Assembly: GCA_964645645.1 (NCBI GenBank)
Contig: CAZYBC010000004.1
Location: 5,148-69,147 of the forward strand
From: an uncultured Pseudomonadales bacterium
Lineage (GTDB): Bacteria; Patescibacteriota; Microgenomatia; UBA1400; PJMF01
Reading direction: 5' to 3'
DNA length: 64,000 bases
The translations under genes and the position numbers were made by a program. The notes under the pieces were generated by a model. It was not told the DNA's origin. It saw nothing but the letters and a program-made list of their open reading frames with translations, and did not search any database. The first letter of the stretch is position 1. Each line of letters starts with the position of its first letter. Shown here piece after piece: positions 58,670-64,000 of this stretch.

Positions 58670-58843
58670 ATGGCAAAAAATAGAGTAAAAGAACCTATAA
58701 TTCCAAAAAAAGAATCTAATCTCGCTCAAAAAATAGCTGATTGGATATTAAATAATGCACCAGGTCTTTTTCTTTCTTTGATTAATCAAGATTCAATTGA
58801 AGCTTATGAAGATCCTAATCTTAAATATCAAAAAAAGAAGTAA
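58670..58843 (+). CDS. Unannotated 57-aa ORF with an AGGA-type RBS. Possibly a small hypothetical protein.
   Basis: aaaggaaaaaATG context. Translation MAKNRVKEPIIPKKESNLAQKIADWILNNAPGLFLSLINQDSIEAYEDPNLKYQKKK. Confidence 0.3.
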   Translation: MAKNRVKEPIIPKKESNLAQKIADWILNNAPGLFLSLINQDSIEAYEDPNLKYQKKK

Positions 58844-58869
58844 ACCCCAAAATAAAACCCTCCACTTAA

Positions 58870-59391
58870 ATGCCAACCTCCAAAGAACAACTCACACCAG
58901 ACCAACAAAGACTGCTTAAACAACGAAATCTTTCAGCACCAGCTGAAACACTTATTATTCAAGCTTTGCTAAGTGGAAATCCTCGCAAAATCCAAGCAGC
59001 AAAAGCCTTGCTTTCTGGTCACGCCTCATTACTAGACTTATGTTTAAATCAGCTCCCTGAGGAACCTTTAGAAAATTTTTGTCTAGCTGTCAATCAAGGC
59101 CTTTACGACGAAGCCATCGTGGCGCAAATGCAGGCTGATTTTCCTCATCTAACTAGAAGCTATTTAAAATTAAACCAGCCAGATTTTATAGGCATAGATA
59201 AAAGTTTACTGATACGCAGTATTCAGGCTGTTTTCCAAACTATTTATCCAAGAAGAACTTATCACAATCTTTTATCTAGATCAGCTAACGATCTTCACCA
59301 ATTTATTGAACCGAACGCAATAAACAGAATTGTACAGTTATTTAAATCCAGAGCCACTGATAGAGGAAATATGTCCCAAGCCAAAAAATAG
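58870..59391 (+). CDS. Hypothetical protein
   Basis: ORF only. Confidence 0.35.
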   Translation: MPTSKEQLTPDQQRLLKQRNLSAPAETLIIQALLSGNPRKIQAAKALLSGHASLLDLCLNQLPEEPLENFCLAVNQGLYDEAIVAQMQADFPHLTRSYLKLNQPDFIGIDKSLLIRSIQAVFQTIYPRRTYHNLLSRSANDLHQFIEPNAINRIVQLFKSRATDRGNMSQAKK

Positions 59392-59475
59392 CGTTCATTT
59401 TGCAAACCCCATAATCTTTTTTTTAGTCCATCATTAAAAGCACTTATAGCTTTATTTATCCAACCTATCTGTGGA

Positions 59476-60300
59476 TTGTCTAAATTAAGTTTTTTTTATA
59501 TAAATGGGCCTAAGATGACTACTTCCCAAAATCCCACTACTATCAAATATCTTACTAAAGATAATTTTAAAGAACTTAGCGAAAACTTTCTTACTAAAGA
59601 TGACTTTAAAGAACTGAGCAAAAACTTTCTTACTAAGAATGATTTTAAAGAACTTAGTAAAAACTTTGTTACTAAAGATTACCTTAAAGAACTGAGCAAA
59701 AACTTTGTTACCAAAGACTATCTTAAAGAGTTTGGTAAAAACCTAATTTGTGAGCTTGATAAAAAATTTGTTACTAAAAAAGAATTTAAAGAATTTAGCA
59801 CAGAAATTACTACCAACTACATTACTAGAACTGAACTTTATGAATTTGGTACAGAAGTTACTAATACTATTTTAGCTGGAGTAGACAGAATCGTAGATAG
59901 AATTGATCATAGATTTTATAAAATCGAAGACAAACTAGGCAGAACTGAAGAAAGCCTAGATCAATTAACAGAGAGAGTAGATCTCTTAGAGCCTAGAATT
60001 GATAAATTAGAAAAAGATCAAGTCATTTATGCTAACAAATTAAATAATTTATCTAAAAATGTAAACGAATTAAATATTAAATTTAAAAAATTAGACAAAA
60101 AAACTACTAATGTAGATAAACTCCTTGCTAACTTAGATAAAAAAATTTTCAATGTAGATACGCAACTTACCTATTTAGAAAATAGAATTGTTCATTTAGA
60201 TAAAAAAACCAGTAACATAAGCACTAAACTCAAGTCTCAAATTAAACAACATCTAAAACTTAAAGAACAATTCAAATTTTTACATCCTAGCTTTGCTTAA
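59476..60300 (+). CDS. Coiled-coil protein with five tandem 13-aa (39-nt) repeats KD(N/D)FKELS(E/K)NF(L/V)T
   Basis: 39-nt period tandem repeats at about 59557-59751 read directly. The remainder is heptad-like (LDKKxxNVD repeats). Confidence 0.55.
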   Translation: MSKLSFFYINGPKMTTSQNPTTIKYLTKDNFKELSENFLTKDDFKELSKNFLTKNDFKELSKNFVTKDYLKELSKNFVTKDYLKEFGKNLICELDKKFVTKKEFKEFSTEITTNYITRTELYEFGTEVTNTILAGVDRIVDRIDHRFYKIEDKLGRTEESLDQLTERVDLLEPRIDKLEKDQVIYANKLNNLSKNVNELNIKFKKLDKKTTNVDKLLANLDKKIFNVDTQLTYLENRIVHLDKKTSNISTKLKSQIKQHLKLKEQFKFLHPSFA

Positions 60301-60402
60301 GATTTTAGTTTCGCCACTTTGCCCACCACTTTCTTAGCACTCAAAACTTCATTCTGCTAATTGCCCCTTTTCAAGCTCCAGCACACTAGCTAAAATAGAA
60401 CT

Positions 60403-62961
60403 ATGAATCCAAACCAATTCACTACCAAAGCCGCCCAAGCTTTACAGGAGGCTTTTCAACTCGCTAATAAAGTTCAAGATAGCCAACTCACACCTTGGCA
60501 TTTACTCTACGTCTTGATTAAGCAACCAGATGGCTTAATTCCTACCTTGTTACAAAAATTAGAGCAAGACCCTCAAGCCTTAGCCCAACAAGTTCAAGAT
60601 AAATTACGGCAATTGCCTAAACTAGCTACCGCTAGTGAGGTTTATCCTTCCGCCCAACTTAACCAAGTGCTGAGTCAAGCCGAAACTCAAGCAGCTAAAT
60701 TAAAAGATGAATATTTAAGCACTGAGCATCTTTTTTTAGCCTTGCTTGAACAGCCAGAAATTAGCCAGCTTCTTAAGCTAAAACCACAACAAGTGTTAGC
60801 AGTGCTCAAAACAATCCGCGGTAACCAAAAAGTTACTGATCAAGATCCGGAAAATAAATATCAGGCCTTAGAAAAGTATACCCAAAATTTTACTCAATTA
60901 GCCAGAGAAGGAAAAATTGACCCAGTTATTGGGCGTGATGCAGAAATCAGACGGATTACTCAAATTTTATCTCGCCGCACCAAAAATAATCCTGTGCTAG
61001 TCGGTGAACCAGGCACTGGTAAAACTGCCATTGTAGAAGGTCTAGCCAGAAAAATTATTGATAATGACGTTCCAGATGCTTTAAAAAATAAAACCATTCT
61101 TAACCTCGACATGGGGGCTTTGATTGCCGGAGCTAAATATCGCGGGGAATTTGAAGATCGGCTCAAAGCCGTGATTAAAGAAATTGAAAAAAGTGATAGC
61201 CAACTTATTCTTTTTATTGATGAACTACACACCATTGTGGGAGCCGGGGCTAGCGAGGGTAGTACCGATGCTGGTAACTTACTCAAACCAGCTTTAGCCC
61301 GTGGCACTTTACGAACCATTGGCGCCACTACCTTAAAAGAATATCGCAAATATATTGAAAAAGATGCCGCTTTAGAACGGCGTTTCCAGCCAGTAATGGT
61401 AGAAGAGCCTAGCTTAGAAGACGCTATTTCCATTTTGCGAGGCATCAAAGAAAAATACGAAGCCCACCATGGCGTCAGAATTCGTGACAATGCCATTGTA
61501 GCCGCGGTTAATTTGTCTGATCGCTACATTACTGATCGTTTTTTGCCAGATAAAGCCATTGATCTGATGGATGAAGCTGCCAGTGCCATTCGCATCGAAA
61601 TTGATAGCAAGCCTACCGTGATTGACCAGCTAGAAAGAAAGATTCGCCAACTAGAAATTGAAAAGCAAGCTCTCAAAAAAGAAAAAGATCAAGCTAGCCA
61701 AGATCGGCTCAAGGCAATTGATAAAGAACTGAGTGAACTCAAAGAACAACATCAACAACTAGATTTGCATTGGCAAAATGAGAAAAAAATCATTGACCAA
61801 ATCAAGCAAGCTAGCAAAAAAATAGATCAACTTCGTGAGGAAGCTAAAATTGCTGAACGCAACTATGATTTAGAAAAAGTTGCCAAAATTAACTATGGCG
61901 AAATTCCAGAATTAGAAAAAAGCCTTAAAGCCAGTAAACAAGAACTTACTAAACTGCAAAAAGATCGACAAATTCTTAAAGAAGAAGTCACTGCCGAAGA
62001 CATTGCCAGTGTTGTTGCGCGCTGGACTGGTATTCCAGTAGAAAGAATGCTCAAAAGTGAAACTGACAAGCTCGTTAACTTAGAAGCTGAGTTAGCCAAG
62101 CAAGTAGTCGGTCAAGAAACAGCAGTTAAAGCTGTCGCCAATGCTATCCGCCGCAATAAAGCTGGGCTGGGCGATCTTGATCGCCCCATTGGTTCGTTTA
62201 TTTTTCTTGGACCAACTGGAGTAGGGAAGACTCAATTAGCCAAAACTTTGGCTGGTTTTCTCTTTAACGATGAAAAAATGATCATCCGCATTGATATGAG
62301 CGAATACATGGAAAAACACAGTGTCGCTCGTTTGGTTGGTTCGCCACCAGGATATGTGGGTTATGAAGAAGGTGGGCAACTCACCGAAGCAGTGCGCCGG
62401 CATCCTTACAGTGTCATTTTATTTGACGAAATTGAAAAAGCTCATCCGGATGTTTTTAATATTCTGCTTCAAATTTTGGACGATGGCCGCCTCACTGATA
62501 GCAAAGGTCGTACGGTAAACTTCAAAAATACCATCATTATTATGACCTCCAACTTAGGTAGCGATCTTATTAGCCAATTTAAAGACAAACCAGCTAAACA
62601 AGAAGAAGCTATTCAACAATTGTTGCGTCAAACCTTTAAACCTGAATTTTTGAATCGGGTGGACGAAACTATTATTTTCCAACAGCTTAGCCAAGAACAA
62701 ATTAAAGCTATTGTTAAATTGCAGCTAGAAGAAATTAAACAACGGCTGGCTAAAAAGCAACTTAGCCTAAATGTTACTGACGCCGCAGTTGATTATTTTG
62801 CGCAAACTGGCTTTGACCCAGTTTTTGGAGCTAGACCATTAAAAAGACTCATTCAAAAAGAAATCTTAGATCAACTATCTTTGGAATTAATTGAAGGTAA
62901 AATTCAGGATGGTCAGACAATTAAATTGGATTATAATAACAAAAAACTACAATTTGTATGA
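60403..62961 (+). CDS. clpB: ATP-dependent chaperone ClpB
   Basis: Two AAA+ modules ([30 protein letters not shown]), long coiled-coil M-domain, Clp N-domain. Confidence 0.95.
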   Translation: MNPNQFTTKAAQALQEAFQLANKVQDSQLTPWHLLYVLIKQPDGLIPTLLQKLEQDPQALAQQVQDKLRQLPKLATASEVYPSAQLNQVLSQAETQAAKLKDEYLSTEHLFLALLEQPEISQLLKLKPQQVLAVLKTIRGNQKVTDQDPENKYQALEKYTQNFTQLAREGKIDPVIGRDAEIRRITQILSRRTKNNPVLVGEPGTGKTAIVEGLARKIIDNDVPDALKNKTILNLDMGALIAGAKYRGEFEDRLKAVIKEIEKSDSQLILFIDELHTIVGAGASEGSTDAGNLLKPALARGTLRTIGATTLKEYRKYIEKDAALERRFQPVMVEEPSLEDAISILRGIKEKYEAHHGVRIRDNAIVAAVNLSDRYITDRFLPDKAIDLMDEAASAIRIEIDSKPTVIDQLERKIRQLEIEKQALKKEKDQASQDRLKAIDKELSELKEQHQQLDLHWQNEKKIIDQIKQASKKIDQLREEAKIAERNYDLEKVAKINYGEIPELEKSLKASKQELTKLQKDRQILKEEVTAEDIASVVARWTGIPVERMLKSETDKLVNLEAELAKQVVGQETAVKAVANAIRRNKAGLGDLDRPIGSFIFLGPTGVGKTQLAKTLAGFLFNDEKMIIRIDMSEYMEKHSVARLVGSPPGYVGYEEGGQLTEAVRRHPYSVILFDEIEKAHPDVFNILLQILDDGRLTDSKGRTVNFKNTIIIMTSNLGSDLISQFKDKPAKQEEAIQQLLRQTFKPEFLNRVDETIIFQQLSQEQIKAIVKLQLEEIKQRLAKKQLSLNVTDAAVDYFAQTGFDPVFGARPLKRLIQKEILDQLSLELIEGKIQDGQTIKLDYNNKKLQFV

Positions 62962-62985
62962 TACAATATTGAGGTTATTTAGGAT

Positions 62986-63059
62986 GGGTGTGTAGCTCAG
63001 TTGGTTAGAGCGCTATCCTGATAAGATAGAGGTCCTTGGTTCGAGTCCAAGCACACCCA
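62986..63059 (+). tRNA. tRNA-Ile (anticodon GAT)
   Basis: GGGTGTGTAGCTCAGTTGGTTAGAGCGCTATCCTGATAAGATAGAGGTCCTTGGTTCGAGTCCAAGCACACCCA. Perfect cloverleaf with a CT-GAT-AA anticodon loop. Confidence 0.9.
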
Positions 63060-63230
63060 CTACCAAATAAAACCAAGTCTAAATTTCATCCCTCAAAACC
63101 TCTTTTTTGATATAATTAGCAATAAAAAGCTATATTTTTATGGATAAAATATTAGACTTGAAAATTAGCAGTCACTAAGATAGAATGCTAAAGTTAATAA
63201 ATAAGCAAAAAGATTGATATACAGGAATAA

Positions 63231-64000
63231 ATGAAAGATAACAAAAAAGATCAAAATACATCAAAAACTAACGATAAAACTTCTGCAGACCTCAAGGCTA
63301 CAGAAGAAAAGCTTGATCAAGTCATTGATCGTCTAAAAAAAATGGCTAAAAAAAGCGCTAAGCTAGCTGCCACAGCTGCTGTTAATTCTTCAACACCCCA
63401 ACCAATAACTGCTCAAGCAATTAAACCTCAAGCTAAAGAAAAACCAGCTACCCCTAAACTTAATTTACCTGAACCATTACTCACGCTACCAGTTATTCCG
63501 GTCCGTGAAGGTGTGCTTTTCCCCAGTACTGAATCAATTTTAACCTTTGGCAGAGAGATTTCTAAAAAAGCTTTACTCAATGCTGCTCATAATAAAAATT
63601 ATGTCGTCTTAGTCACTCAAAAAAGAGCCAATCTTAAAAATCCTCAGCCCAATGATCTTTATCAGGTTGGCACTTTAGCGATTATTGAACGAAGCATTAA
63701 AAATGAAGATACGATTAGTGCTTTAGTCCGTGGCATTAGCCGAGTAAAAATTCTTAATTTTGTTCAATTAGCGCCAATGATGATGGCCCAAGTAGTTAAA
63801 ATCAAAGAAATCCTCACTAGAGATGATGAGCTCATGGCTTTAAGCAGCCATTTACAAAAATTATTCCGCGAAATTGTTCAATTAGGCAAACCAGTTGAGT
63901 TTCTAAGCTTTATGAAACTAATGAGTGGGGTTAACGAAGGCGAGCTGGCTGACCAAATTGCTAGTACTTTAGACCTTAAAACCGCGCAACGTCAACAACT
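63231..64000 (+). CDS. lon: Lon protease, N-terminal part. The gene continues beyond the window.
   Basis: ATG at 63231, open to the window end. Lon N-domain pattern LPVIPVREGVLFPSTESILTFGREIS. Confidence 0.7.
   Translation, partial: MKDNKKDQNTSKTNDKTSADLKATEEKLDQVIDRLKKMAKKSAKLAATAAVNSSTPQPITAQAIKPQAKEKPATPKLNLPEPLLTLPVIPVREGVLFPSTESILTFGREISKKALLNAAHNKNYVVLVTQKRANLKNPQPNDLYQVGTLAIIERSIKNEDTISALVRGISRVKILNFVQLAPMMMAQVVKIKEILTRDDELMALSSHLQKLFREIVQLGKPVEFLSFMKLMSGVNEGELADQIASTLDLKTAQRQQ

Overview
This is a low-GC (about one-third GC by eye) window with short intergenic spacers and many small ORFs, consistent with a small-genome, possibly Patescibacteria/CPR-like bacterium. That lineage guess is inference only. 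Housekeeping genes present are uvrA, uvrB, uvrC, clpB, the lon N-terminus, a ZupT zinc transporter and three tRNAs (His-GTG, Arg-TCT, Ile-GAT). The rest is accessory. (1) A complete diversity-generating retroelement (DGR) sits at 40720-43371. It has a 146-bp template repeat, avd, a reverse transcriptase and a convergently oriented DUF1566/C-type-lectin-fold target. The target's C-terminal variable repeat differs from the TR only at TR adenines: 13 A-to-N changes, all inside AAY Asn codons. (2) A defense island (19663-28625) lies beside tRNA-His and tRNA-Arg. It carries a Type I R-M operon (hsdR-hsdS-hsdM) followed by a SIR2-HerA module, and hsdR is split by a single in-frame TGA. An IS200/IS605 element is next to the island. 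(3) Three AbiEi/AbiEii-type toxin-antitoxin modules are present, two of them bracketing the DGR. A Fic toxin has an unannotated upstream antitoxin ORF. (4) Two diverged paralogous cassettes (giant Fn3-repeat surface protein + ABC ATPase + FtsX-like permease) lie in inverted orientation about 30 kb apart. Each ends in a tandem array of one dispersed family of REP-like palindromic elements (at least 9 copies) whose inner GC-stem shows compensatory covariation. (5) A cluster of two ATP-grasp ligases, a QEGLA-family protein and a multi-TM membrane protein follows a transglutaminase-like secreted protein. (6) A sortase sits next to a PKD/Pro-Thr-repeat substrate. (7) An exopolysaccharide-type locus has a GT2-GH26 fusion, two more GH26 genes and a GT39-like membrane glycosyltransferase. 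(8) Two promoters share a TATTGAATA-N2-TATTCAATA operator-like palindrome next to a DUF5320/DUF134 gene pair. No CRISPR-cas and no rRNA were found.
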